Shown: piece after piece, positions 51,740 to 63,895 of the stretch
Layout: each line of letters starts with the position of its first letter
Position numbering within the stretch: the stretch's first letter is position 1
Assembly (NCBI GenBank): GCA_030324005.1
Contig: JARDVH010000193.1
Location: 95,988,751-96,052,750 of the forward strand
Length of the DNA stretch: 64,000 nucleotides
DNA from: Negaprion brevirostris
Lineage: Eukaryota
Direction of reading: 5' to 3'
Notes under the pieces: model-generated
Seen by the model: the letters and a program-made list of their open reading frames with translations, nothing else
The model's database searches: none
What the model was told of the DNA's origin: nothing
Position numbers and translations under genes: made by a program

Positions 51740-52613
51740 TATTGTATGAAAAACCCTGATACACAAATAACTACAGTGGGGTATTGTGGATATCTTGTTA
51801 CCAGCCAGGATGCTTCCATTTATGCTGTATTAAAAAGGACGAGGAGACATCAATTAGGGTTCCCATTGTATTAAAAAATACACCAACAAATCACACTGTA
51901 TTAAAAGTACCAATAAATCACTCAAGGGGAACATTTTTAGTTTCATGCATATCAACTAATTTCATAACACTGGTACAGCTCAGAAAGAAGATTTTCAACA
52001 TTGACTCAGTCAATCTCCATTTTCACTTAATAACAACAGTGAATTCTCCATGACACTAAAAGTTCTACCATCCCTTAAGAACAGAGATTGCCTAACTCGG
52101 GATTCCTGTACATTCACCTCTTGTTGCAATATTTTGATTGACACCTTGGAATGCTTTCCCTAAACTCCTCCACTTTGATACTTCTCTTACTTGCTTCTGA
52201 ACTCTTCCCTTTTGAACGTCAGAAATTCTCCTCCCTTATTCTTTGGTATCCAGTTCCACCACAGCACAGTGTTTCAGGGCATTTTCTTACATTTCAATAT
52301 ATTATAAAAATCTGCGCTGTCGCGGTTGTGAAAAAAGTATGAAAACTCCAGAAAAAAGTTTGTTGGAATTAAAACATAAACATGCAAGAAAAGGATGGCT
52401 ATGTTTGCGTTACCTTCTATTTCAGTGTAAATATATGCTTCCATATCTAATGTTTCCCTGTAATTAGCCTGAGTGGGGATCAGATAATTTAGAGAAATCA
52501 TCAAATATGTCATTTGGATCCCATAAGTTTGAAATAATTACATATTTAGACTTAAAATACAGGGGCTACATTATTTCTTTCAGCGATCGATGTGGCTTGT
52601 GGACAGACACATT

Positions 52614-53343
52614 GGGCCCAATTTTTACCATGATTTTTGGGCATGAAAACTTGGTAAAGTCGGGCATGAGGCAAGTAGTGCGATCATTGTCCACCTTCGC
52701 GCTGGTTCCCCCTTTACCAAGGTCCGAAAATGACCACGATCGGGACTGCGCCCGTTTCCATTGCATGCACTTAAATTGACTTAATGGGCTGCACGCCTAA
52801 CTTTACCAGCAGTTTCCCCCTTTACCACCACATTCGCCCATCCAGAATCGGTAGAAGACAGATACGCTCCCCAAAAATCCAATTCAGACACTCCAGTTAA
52901 TGAGGAGGTAAGTACACCTCTGTTGGGGATGGGGGATGGAGGGGGGGTGGTCTGCTGCCACTCTGCCTGGGATCAGTGAGGGAGAAAGGAGGTCCGCTGC
53001 TACTCTGGCTGAGATCAGTGAAGGGGAAGGNNNNNNNNNNNNNNNNNNNNNNNNNNNNNNNNNNNNNNNNNNNNNNNNNNNNNNNNNNNNNNNNNNNNNN
53101 NNNNNNNNNNNNNNNNNNNNNNNNNNNNNNNNNNNNNNNNNNNNNNNNNNNNNNNNNNNNNNNNNNNNNNNNNNNNNNNNNNNNNNNNNNNNNNNNNNNN
53201 NNNNNNNNNNNNNNNNNNNNNNNNNNNNNNNNNNNNNNNNNNNNNNNNNNNNNNNNNNNNNNNNNNNNNNNNNNNNNNNNNNNNNNNNNNNNNNNNNNNN
53301 NNNNNNNNNNNNNNNNNNNNNACCCAGTGGTAAAGTAGGGCCC
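52614..53343 (+). mobile_element. Harbinger-like non-autonomous element inserted in the Gypsy 3' LTR, ATT TSD
   Basis: att|gggcccaatttttacca...tggtaaagtagggccc|att; contains an about 40-bp G-rich tandem repeat (52940-53030) running into a gap. Confidence 0.8.
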
Positions 53344-53357
53344 ATTGTTACTGTAGG

Positions 53358-53740
53358 GGGGGTGATGGCCTAATGGTATTATTGCTAGACAATTAATCCA
53401 GAAACTTGGCTAATGTTCTAGGGACCCGAGTTTGAATCCCGCCACAGCAGCTGGTGGAATTTGAATTCAGTGAAAAATATCTGGAATTAAGAACCTACTG
53501 ATGACCATGAAGTCGATTGTCGGAAAAATCCGTCGGCTTCACTAATGTCCTTTAGGGAAGGAAATCTGCCATCTTTACCTGGTCTGGCCTACATGTGGCT
53601 CCAGGGCCTCAGCAACGTGGTTGACTCTCAACTGCCCTTTGAATTGACCTAGCAAGCCACTCAGTTTCAAGGGCAACAAGGGATGGACAATATATGCTGG
53701 GCAGCCAGTGGCACCCATGTCTCACAAATTAATAAATAAA
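53358..53740 (+). mobile_element. Full-length tRNA-derived SINE with a CR1-group LINE tail
   Basis: A box tggcctaatgg, B box gagtttgaatcc; 3' end tcaagggcaac..gggat..caa...tgctgg.cagccagtg matches the LINE end at about 62530-62605. Confidence 0.85.
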
Positions 53741-54109
53741 CTTGGCATCTAACTGCAGTGCAGCAGCAAATATAGCACCCTGGAAAACCATTTACAGAAC
53801 AATTAGTTTATATTATTAGTTTATAACAATGCCTCTTCCTTTAAACATAAAATGCCTCTATAGATCAATTTAACTATTCCAGTCATTAACTTTTTCTTTG
53901 AAATATCTGAAGATTAACAATTGACTTTTAGAATTAAATTAAGCACAATAGAGTCTGTTAAATAGTATATTAGTTAAATGTAATAATTTCAACAATTTTA
54001 TGCTAATATGTATGTTATCACAGATAGTAATGCAATATTCCGTGATTCAGTTCTCTTACACAGTTAGCACATGTTAACCCGCTCTGGCTGGACTCCACCT
54101 TCACCTGGC

Positions 54110-56560
54110 AGTAACATGGTATTGCTTAGATGACAGGAGGTTGTGCCTCCATTTTGTAGGATTTCGTTTGTTGCTGTTAGTGGTGAGTTGACATGAATGA
54201 TATGTGTGTTTCTTCTGGTGTTGTAGGACTCTTGCTTGATGTTGCTCATGCAGTATCAGTTGTTGGTGATATTGTTGATATTGCACTACTTGGTGATGCT
54301 GTTAATGTTGTCTCACTAGTTTTGAGAAGTTGCTGGCATTGTTCATGATCGTTTCTACTTCTGCAGCTCTGGTGTGGTTCAAATAGGAATTCTTGTTTCT
54401 TCTTGTTTGCTTATTGGTTTCCTTCTTACTAATGTATGACCTTAGAGTCTTAGCTTCCCCAGAAGGATGGGCGATGGGTTCCAGCTTTTCCAGCCGCCTG
54501 TTGATGGGCTCAGGAAGAGATTTTCCATGTTTGTTGAAGTGTTGACTTCCTCCTTTCTATTATCGGTTTTCTTTCTCCTGCTCACTTAGAGGATGTATAT
54601 TGAATGGCAGAGTCATCTTTTACTTTCCCCCATTCAACTGCTCTGCAGGTGATTTCATGTCAACATTGAAAAGTGTGGATCAGTTGACAATAAAGGTGAG
54701 GTTAGGGTCTTCCTTTGTTTCTGGCATGTCTTGAGGTTCTCTTAACCTTTCATCTCATCTTTCTACAAACCCATGCCTTCTTGGAGATAAGGTGGCGATG
54801 TTGAACTCAGCAAAATCCTTATTCTCTGGAAATGAATTGGGTTCAATTGTCACATATTACTGCTTCAGAAATCCCTTGCTCAGCAAACAGAAGATGATTG
54901 TTGTACCTCTCAAGTCTTTCATCTTTTGGATACAAAGGAATTTTCAGGAGGCGCCTTCAAATATGAGATACCATTCTTGACCTTGTGTGCACAAGTTTGA
55001 CTCCCACAGTGTGCCATCACCTAAGGGGTACTTCAGTAGGTACTACTTCCTCTTTCTGTTGTGTCTCTTTGTATTTCTGGCATACAGTGCATGTAGACAC
55101 AGATCATTGGATGTCTTTGTCAATGACTGTCCAATACACAGCTGATCTGGCTCTCAGATCTTCTCCATTTTCCTGTGGCCTTCCTGCATCTTCTGGAGAA
55201 GTACTTGCTGCATCAGTTTTGAATATGATTACTCTGGATCTGGCTTGCTGAACAGCATATTGTAGTGAAATGTCACCTCTGATAGATCAGTGCTGTCACA
55301 TTGCTGATTGCGTTTGCTGTATCTTATCAGGCTCTCCCTGGATCACTTTGAGAAAGCATTCATTTTTGCTGGTCTTATTATTTTTGCCTCAATTTTAGTG
55401 GAGTTACATTCACCAGATGATGGTTCTTTACACCTAGATTTTCTATGTCATGCTCCTCATATATTGACAATTGAGATGTGGCATCTACTGGCATCATTTT
55501 TCTTCCTAGTTTGTATTTCAATGTAAAATTCTAATTCTGAAGTTTGAAGACTAGCTTCTGCAGTCTTGGCGACGTTCCACACAGATTTTTCTTGTAGAGC
55601 TGCTCTAATGGATGATGATTAATTTCTACAATGAACTTCTTCCCATGGAGATTTGTATGAAATTTCTCACAACTATGTTGGCCATTTTGGACTTAAGGGA
55701 CTTAGATGATGTTAGAGCTTTGGATGAAAATGTGATTGATTTTCACTCTTGCACTACGGCTGTTCCCAGTTCCTTTGTACCAACATTTACTCGCAGAGCA
55801 ATAGGTTTCTCTCCGTTATAGTCTCCCAGACTTGTCTCTACCAGGCTGTTTTCTCAAAGTCTTTAATGTGACGCTGACTACTGTTACTCAGCGTCTTTTC
55901 ATATCAACTCTCGTAGGTTTGCTGTGTTTTCTGACATGAGGAGTAAGAAAGAACTCATTACTGGATCAAACTTACTCTTTAGAAGGTTCACTAGGCTGAT
56001 ACCAGAGATGAGGGGGCTAGCCTATGAGGAGAGATTGAATAGACTGGGTCTGTACTCATTGGAGTTTAGAAGGCTGAGGGGNNNNNNNNNNNNNNNNNNN
56101 NNNNNNNNNNNNNNNNNNNNNNNNNNNNNNNNNNNNNNNNNNNNNNNNNNNNNNNNNNNNNNNNNNNNNNNNNNNNNNNNNGATCTTATTGAATGGCGGG
56201 GCAGGCTCGAAGGGCTAGATGGCCTACTCCTGCTCCTATGTCTTATGTTCTTATGTTCTTTATGGCCTCAATCTCGAAAACGACAATGACTTTCAGGATA
56301 GGACTTGACTCCATCAGGTGTGCACTACATTCTGCAGAACTGGCATCTCCACAATGCCTTTGTCTGTGTTTAGCTTGATCCCAGATTTTCTGGTTGTCAT
56401 CAACTACGCTGACTGCTTCTTTACATCCTTAGTATGTCTTGATAATATTCTGCTGGAACTCTAAGATCAAAAGATAGATGCAGGAATTTGTATTGTTCAA
56501 ATGGTGTGTTGAACACTGTCCTCATCAAGCTTCATGTTCCAGTAGCCACTGTGCATTCAT
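54110..56560 (-). pseudogene. Decayed Gypsy pol: RT, RNase H, integrase
   Basis: RT: SGYWNMKLDEDS, VFNTPFEQYKFL, AVSVVDD, IKLNTDK. RNase H: ITFSSKALT, CEKFHTNLHGKKFIVEINHHPLE. Integrase: EGH...LRARSAVYW...CTVCQKY, FAEQGISEAVICDN, LSPRRHGFVER. Many stops and frameshifts; RT-RH-IN order is Gypsy-type. Confidence 0.9.
55980..56260 (+). mobile_element. Young CR1 3' fragment inserted antisense into the Gypsy pol
   Basis: RRFTRLIPEMRGLAYEERLNRLGLYSLEFRRLR; tail (cttatgtt)n. Confidence 0.9.
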
Positions 56561-57038
56561 TGCAACCATTTTCTTTTTGCAGGACTTCTCAGTATTTCTC
56601 TGGCAGTAATCTGGGTTGATTTTTTTTTAACCAATCCAATTCAAATCTATTTAAAATATTTGAGTCTTACTTATGGACATCTGGTGCCATCATGTTGCGC
56701 CTTCTAATTCCCATAAGTTTGAAATAATCACACTATTAAACTCAAAACGCTTCATCAAGTGTTTTTCTTACAGCTTTCCACATGGTTGATGGACTGGTGC
56801 ATTATAGCTCCTGATTGCAGTGCAGCAGTGGGATACACATGTGCACATATGTGTGATTTCTACACAAATAATACGATGTAATTTAGAAATGGTGGTATTA
56901 ATAATCCAAGGATATCCCCTGCTAAGAAAACCTATAGAATTTTTCAAGGAGATACTGGGAGCTGTATAGACCTCTAGAACATCTCAATGCTGGTCCACGT
57001 TCTTGTTCTGTGCAGTTCCTATGTTGTAGTCAATTAAT

Positions 57039-57246
57039 GGGGGCAATTCCCCGGCCGTTTGCGTATGAGGGATTCTCCAGTCCTGCTGGCAGTGCGCCCC
57101 TGCCCACAGGTTTCACAGCAGCGTGACGTGACATCAATGGGAAATCCCACTGATTGCGTAGGGTCCAGAGAATCCTGTCATGCTAGTGAACAGCATGCCA
57201 TCTCACAACAGCGAGAAACACACAGCTGGAAGGCCAGAGAATGGCT
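57039..57246. mobile_element. Palindromic Harbinger-like MITE
   Basis: gggggcaattccccggcc...ggccagagaatggc, with internal inverted ggattctc/gagaatcc and caatggga/tcccactg. Confidence 0.6.
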
Positions 57247-58352
57247 TTAAAGATTTTTACTAGAATTCAAGTGACAAGGAAAGGAAGTGGAGGCTGTGGA
57301 GGAGAGGTTTAGCTGGCGCACACCTCTTGAACAATGACTTCTTAAAGAATGGACCAAGAAGTAAAAGTAATTCAATGATGTTACTGACTTTCAATAGTGT
57401 TATGGGTACAGTAGATGAAGGGGTGGAAGAGTAAGGGAGAATCAATAGTGATACGAAGGGATGGCCGATTAATTGGGCAATAAAGATAAACTGATTCCAC
57501 AGCAACATGTTATATCATTGCATTAAAACCTGTGTCCAGCCATACCCACTAGCTTTGTCAAACCTCAAATTAACTAACATTGCAAAAGAAAGAAAATGTG
57601 AATATTAAAAAGATTAAATTTTATAAGCAAAAAGGCATCTCAAAAAGAAACTACTTTCAAATAATCAGTGCAAGAGAAAGCTACTCAGTGAACACTGAAA
57701 TGGGAGACTTTGTGCATTTAAAAACAACATCTTTGCAGTTTAAAGACAATAAAGTCTATTTCCTTTTGGGTGTATGCTGGTTGTAAAAAGGCCTGGGGAG
57801 CCAATCCAAGAACACAGCTGTAAAGGCTGGTGAACTAATTGCTTTTCCTTCCGCTGCCTCATTCATCTTCATTCTTCACCAGTTACAGAAAATTATCAAT
57901 ATTCTCAGTTGTATTTCATCCGTAATCCCTTTTTTGTGCAGCATTAGGCACTGCCAGATGATTCCTTGGCAGGAGTCAGGGTGAAGAGCCATGAAATGCC
58001 ACTCATGGCAGATGGCACTGTTCAGAAGAAATATGACAAACACATGCAATTTGTTAGCGAACTCTGGTATTACTAGTCATGTGAGCTGTCATAATCACCC
58101 GAGTGGCTTTATGCTACGCGAACACGGAAAGCCAGGCTCTCCAGTAAGAATAGTTTATCACGAAAACACTGATTAAAATAGTCCCACCTATTCAGATATT
58201 TGTTGCCGATTGCACCATTTATTGCAAGATGCGGACTCTTTTCTTTACGACCCCATTCATCGGTGAAGAATTGTATTGTTTATCCACCTTCAATCTATCT
58301 CCCGTGCCCCATGAGAAAAAGATGCCCTTGTGACAGAACAGCCACATTACTT

Positions 58353-59210
58353 TTTTTTAAAAATTCTTCCTTGGGATGTGGTGAGACCAGTATTGATTGC
58401 CATTCGTTAATTGCCTTTGAGAAGGTGGTGGTGAGCTGCCATCATAAACCGCTGTTGTCCGTAGGTGTGTAAGTAGGTACACCCACAGTGCTATCAGCAA
58501 GGGAGTTCCAGGATTTTGACCCAGTGAAGGAATGGGGATATAGTTCCAATTTAGCATGGTGTGTAGCATGGAGCGGAACTTGCAGTTGGGTTGTTTCCCT
58601 AAATCTGCTGCCCTTGTCCTTCTAGGGGGGCAAGGGTTGCTGATTCAGAAAGTGCTGTCTGTTGAAGGAAACTTGGCGGGTTGCTGTAATGCATCTTGTA
58701 CATGGTAGACATTGCTGCCAATATGCATTGGTGGTGGAAAGAGTGAATATCTGTGGATGGAGTGTCAATCAAGTGGATTGTTTTGTTCTGGATGATGTCG
58801 AGCTTCTTGAGTATTAGAACTGCATTCATCCAGGCAAATGGCAAGTATTTTTTCACAATCCTGAGTTATGCCTTATAAGTGGTGGACAGGCTTTGGGGAG
58901 TCATGAGGTGAATCACTCAGCTGAATTCTCGGCTTCTGACCTGCGCTTGTAGCCACAATATTTATATGTTTGGTCCTATGGTAACTCCTTCAAGGTCTTG
59001 TAATGGGGGAATTAAGTGATGGAAATTCCATTGAATGTCAAGGTGATGGTTAGATTTTTTTTGTTGGAAATGGTCATTGCCTGGCAGTTGTGTGGTATGA
59101 ATGAAATCTACCGTTTAATCAACCCAAGCATAAATATTGTCCAGGTTTTGCTGCATATGGATAAGAACTACTTCAGTACCTGAGGAATTACGAAATGCTG
59201 AAAATTGTCA
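58353..59210 (-). mobile_element. CR1-group LINE 3' portion
   Basis: Minus ORF KYLPFAWMNA...LKKLDIIQNK; reverse complement of 61805-62605. Confidence 0.85.
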
Positions 59211-60827
59211 AATGCAGTCAGTGCATAAGGAGGTGTTTATCAGACTCTGAGTGTGTTACCATGCTAATTGCTTTTGCACAGTTGTTTGGTGAATCTTTGG
59301 AAGTAGTCTTGCGAAGGATATTTTCACAGGTTTGATAATGACTAAAAGGTAATCGTTCAGCATACCTACCGGCTGTGTGGACAAAGCAGTTACAGAGCGA
59401 GTAGCAGAGAGGTCCACAAAAGGGAAAGATTTCTCATGTAATATTGGAGAAGCATTTTCCTTTTTAAACAATAGGCTACAATATCAGTGAATGTCAGCAC
59501 CAGACTTTTAATGGGTTTTTTCTGTGAGAAGGAAGTTACACATTAATCAGACTTTAAGGTGTACGCCAGTAAAAATCTGACAATTTCTTAGCACAGTGCA
59601 CATCGCTGACTGAGAGTAATTCCATGGGTTCCGTACAATTTCCTCAGGAGAACATAACTTTCCATTTAATAAACTGCACATAATACAGGTACGTTTCAAT
59701 TCCATTGCATTATACCATGCATCACACAATAGTTGAGAAAGATGTGTACTGACAATGGGCACCATCACAGGAACACCAGGCTGCCGCTTGTAAATGATGA
59801 GTTGCTGAAGGGAAATGACAATAATTGCATTTGATTACCTTGGCACGCAGTAAGGTTATGTTACTGAACTCAATAACATAAGCCCTTGCCTCGGCAGCAA
59901 TTTATATCTGACCAATATTTCGATATCGAGCACTTGGTCACATAAGCCAATGGAGTGTTGCGGTGTCGGTTCAGCTTGATGCAAATGCTTTCATTGCAAG
60001 TGAGTTGGAGCCCGTGAGAGTAAGAGTTACACCTGAAGCCCTCCGGGCAGGAACGGATTTGTTTGGATTTCCAAAAGTGTACATGCACACCAGGCAAAAT
60101 GGGAGACCACATTCTTGCCTGGGAGGAAGGGCAGCTTTGTTTGCAAGATGAACAGCTACAATTCACTTTCTATGTTTATATGTCCCAAGGAAACTACATG
60201 TTTATGTTGTGAGATCCATAAAACTTACCATTTTTATAAAGACATATGCTGAGATTTATGGGACAGGCCCAATATAAACACTTAAATCCTATTTTGTACC
60301 CATAAAATGTTATTAAAAGCAATAAAAAAGGCATCTTNNNNNNNNNNNNNNNNNNNNNNNNNNNNNNNNNNNNNNNNNNNNNNNNNNNNNNNNNNNNNNN
60401 NNNNNNNNNNNNNNNNNNNNNNNNNNNNNNNNNNNNNNNNNNNNNNNNNNNNTCAATGTAATACATTTAATATTTGCCTTGAATTATATAATTCCCACAA
60501 ATTTCTCCATAAAACACACCGTTGCTTAGTGAACATGATGTTCGGCACAACAAGCTTAGCTCAAACTATGATGCTACATCATTGGGGTAGGTTTGACAGT
60601 AGATGTAAAGCTAACAGCACTAACTGTTACTCATCGGAGTTTAGAATGAGAGGAGACCTTATTGAGACATATAGGATTCTGAGGGGGCTTAACAGGGTAG
60701 ATGCTGAGAGGCTGTTTCCACTTGTGGGAGAGTCTAGCACCAGAGGGCATAATTTCAGGGTAAGGAGTTGCCCATTTAAGATGAAAAGGAATTTTTTCTC
60801 TCAAAGCATGGTGAATCTGTAGAATTC

Positions 60828-60987
60828 GTTAGTGGTTTGTGAAAAGAAATCCCACTCACCTGACGAAGGAGCAGCGCTCCGAAAGCTAGTGGTGTTTGCT
60901 ACCAAATAAACCTACTGGAGTTTAACCTGATATTGTAAGACTTCTTACTGTGTTTAACCCAGTCCAATGCTGGCATGTCCACATCAT
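60828..60987 (+). mobile_element. 160-bp Penelope-like terminal fragment flanked by a GAATTC TSD
   Basis: GAATTC at 60822-27 and 60988-93; the body matches the inverted-repeat arms at 5089-5218. Confidence 0.8.
60857..60892 (+). ncRNA. Minimal type I hammerhead ribozyme motif
   Basis: CAC (stem I) - CTGACGA - A - GGAGC agc GCTCC (stem II) - GAAA - GCTA (palindromic AGCT stem III, CUA site) - GTG (stem I'). Confidence 0.75.
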
Positions 60988-61804
60988 GAATTCTTGACCG
61001 CACAGAGGACAGTAGAGGCTGCGTTATTAAGCATGTTCAAGGCTGAGATGGACAGATTTTTAAGTAGTAAGGGAATCGGGGTTTTTTGGGGATACATTGG
61101 GAAAATGGAGTTGAGGATTATCAAATCGGATCTCACTGAATGGCAGAGCAGATTTGTTGGGCCTTACGGCCTATTCCTGCTCCTATATCTAATGATCTGT
61201 TATCTATTAGAAAAAAAACATACAATAACTTCCACTGAATGCATTATTAAACATGGAAATCTGAAAGTTACTGTTGGAGATGAACTGCTTCTTCAGATAC
61301 CAGTACCTCACCCAGACAATCATTACTGAAATGCATTGACTGGTGTGAATTTGATATACATACCTGATATACACTAAACCTGATGAAGGAGATGATGGTT
61401 TGTATCTTGGGCATGACTGAGCACACTCACGATGATGATACGTTCCTGCTTTGTGGCCCTTTTAAACTTAAAGATTACCCTCGTCTTGCTAAGGCATGAA
61501 TGGCAAGCTGCTGCTGACATGAACCTCTTGCTTCGTGTCTCCAACCCCCTTCCCTCACACCAACCTTCCCTTCCTAAGTTCCTGCTTTCAGACCAACCAA
61601 GAACTGCTGTCTGCCAAGCTCCAGGAGGAGGAGAGCGCAACGGCATAGCATTGATAAAGGGATCCTGTCACCAGATCCACCGCTTGCAGCTCAGATACTG
61701 GCACTGCATATACCCTGGAGGCCATCAGCATGTTGTGAGGCACCGGACACGGTTGACCTGCAGCCAGGCCAGAAATAAAAGATAGTTTGTTTTTGAGCTC
61801 ACTG

Positions 61805-62605
61805 GAAGCCGACCAGACAAGTGGCAAGTAACATTCAAGCCACACAAATGTCAGGCAATGACCATCACCAACAAAGGGACAATCTAACCACCACCCTTTG
61901 ACATTCAGTAGTGTTACTATCACTGAATCACTGTCAACAGCTTTGGGGTTACCATTGACTAGAACTGGATTTGCCACATAAACACAATGGCTACAAGTGC
62001 ATGTCAAAGGCTAGGAATACTGTGGCGACTAAATCATTTCCTGAATCCCCAAAGCTTAACCATCATCTACAAGGCACAAGTCAGGAGTGTGATGGAGTAC
62101 TCTCCACTTGCCTGGATGGATGCAGCTCCAACAACACAAGAAATTTGACACCATACAGGAAAAAGCAGCCTGCTTGATTGGCACCACATTCCCAAACATC
62201 CACTCCCTCCACCATCGAAGCTCAGTAGCAGCAGTGGAGTTGCGGGTTATCATATCGACAAGATGCACTGCACAAATTAACCAGCGATCCTCAGACAGCA
62301 TCTTCTAAACCCATGACCACTTTCAAAGAAGGACGAGGGCAGTAGATACATGGGAACCCCACCACCTGAAAGTTCTCCTCCAGCCACTCACTGTCCTGAT
62401 AAGAAATATATGATCGTTCCTCCATGGTCACTGGGTCAAAATCCTGGAATTTCCTTCCTCATAGCATTGTGGGTCAACGTACAGCACATGGATTGCAGTG
62501 ATTCAAGAAGGCAGCTCACCACCACCACCACCTCAAGGGCAACTGGGGATAGGCAAGAATTGCTGGCCAGCCAGTGAAGCCAATGTCCCACGAATGAATA
62601 AGAAA
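61805..62605 (+). mobile_element. CR1-group LINE 3' portion
   Basis: DKWQVTFKPHKCQAMTI, IYKAQVRSVMEYSPLAWM, DTIQEKAACLI; A-rich end. Confidence 0.88.
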
Positions 62606-63773
62606 AATCAAGTAGTGCTGAAAAGGACTCTGATGATGAGCATAGAGGATGGCAGTGAGTGTGCACACCAAGATATTGGCTGGCTTGTCAGTCAGCCCAC
62701 TGGCCAGGAGCATGGAGGGGCATAGCACAAAGCTTTCCCACTTCGATTGCCCTTCTTCATTTACCTGTTGTTTTGCGAATACAGAGTCACAGGTACTGCC
62801 TCTCCCTATCCGTTGCACCCTGTGTGTGGACAGGTCCTCCAGCATCCTTGGGAAGAGGCAGTAACACTCTGGTACCAAAACACCTCCAAAAACACTCCCA
62901 ACTATTTTAAAATGTTTTCTAATTGAAAATGTTCCACAAATTTAACTCATCAGCAACCAAGGTGCTTGGTCCTACTGCAGGGCCCATCTTTCTGCTCCAT
63001 GTTCCTTTTAAGGACTGGACAATGCAGGCATTGCCAGGACCTCTGTTCGCTAAATTTGGAATCTTGGCATTAGATTAGCTGGTCGGGCAGTCTAACATCA
63101 GGGTAGTGCCAATTCAATATGTTCATGCAAGGCACCCAGCTACACACGACCATCTCATTGAAGAATTCCACATGGGTAACACAGCTAGTGGCCCGTGGCG
63201 CTGCCTACTCACTTGGAAGCAAGGTAAGCCTACATCATTTTGTGACACCATGCCAATGAACTTTGTATGTGCCATCTTTTAATCGTTACTGCATTGCTTC
63301 AGCTTTGTGAACTAGAACAGGATCCTTCCAGTAAAATAACTAAAAAATACATTTTCATTACTTTCAGGTTACCTTGACCTCAGGTTGTGGTCAATTTTTT
63401 TTTGGGAAACTGTAAAATTGAAGAATTTTTCAAATGAATAGCATACTTTAGAAATTCATACAGGTTATGTTAATATGGTTTGCATTTTCTACTGCTGTAC
63501 TCATCAGTGAGTTAATTGTTTTTTGTCTGTTCATTTTTAAATGGGTGAATTGAAATGGAAATTCTTCAGTCTTTCTTGCTTAGCTTTACCCAGCAGGAAA
63601 TACGCTTTGGACCAGATTTTGTTGTAGCAAAAATCTAATGGCTGATTAATCTAATATCTAATGGTGTCTGTCTTGAGTTAAGTCTGTGCCTGCACCCTTC
63701 ATCCCGAAGGATGCACTTGCCCACACTGCAATTGTGAACTGTTAACATTGTAGTGAGGGAAACCAGACATCTG

Positions 63774-63895
63774 GGGCGGAATCTTCCCGTCCCACTCACC
63801 ATAGGAATCGTAGCAGGCGGAGGCGGACCGCGCAGAAGTCCATTGACTTCGGGTGGGGATTTCCAGCTTTGGGCGGCCGTGGGAAAATCCCACCC
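63774..63895 (-). mobile_element. Harbinger-like MITE, family 1, with CTG TSD
   Basis: ctg|gggcggaatcttccc...gggaaaatcccaccc|ctg. Confidence 0.85.

Larger units (their letters stand above)
52505..56885 (-). mobile_element. Ancient internally deleted Ty3/Gypsy LTR retrotransposon with nested insertions
   Basis: 5' LTR about 56693-56885 ends in CA before PBS-like TGGCACCAGATG (56678-56689). PPT AAAGGAAGAGGC (53831-53842) precedes TG at 53828. The 3' LTR is split into about 53741-53828 and 52505-52613. The LTRs share cccataagtttgaaataat and tgcagtgcagcag. Confidence 0.75.
5241..60452. other. Span containing about 16 assembly gaps (N-runs; largest about 24892-25692 and 41328-42314)
   Basis: N-runs are visible directly; most abut young CR1/SINE copies or G-rich tracts. 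Confidence 0.97.
60625..61200 (+). mobile_element. CR1 3' fragment interrupted by a Penelope-like insert
   Basis: EFRMRGDLIETYRILRGLNRVDAERLFPLVGES before the insert; VEAALLSMFKAEMDRFL after 60993. Confidence 0.9.

Noticed and set aside
52940-53030. CRISPR-like or coding repeat
   Set aside because: It is a degenerate G-rich minisatellite inside a TIR element in eukaryotic DNA, with no unique spacers and no cas genes.
61379-61400. cctgatgaaggag, matching the start of the 60857 hammerhead
   Set aside because: No complementary stem II strand or GAAA follows.
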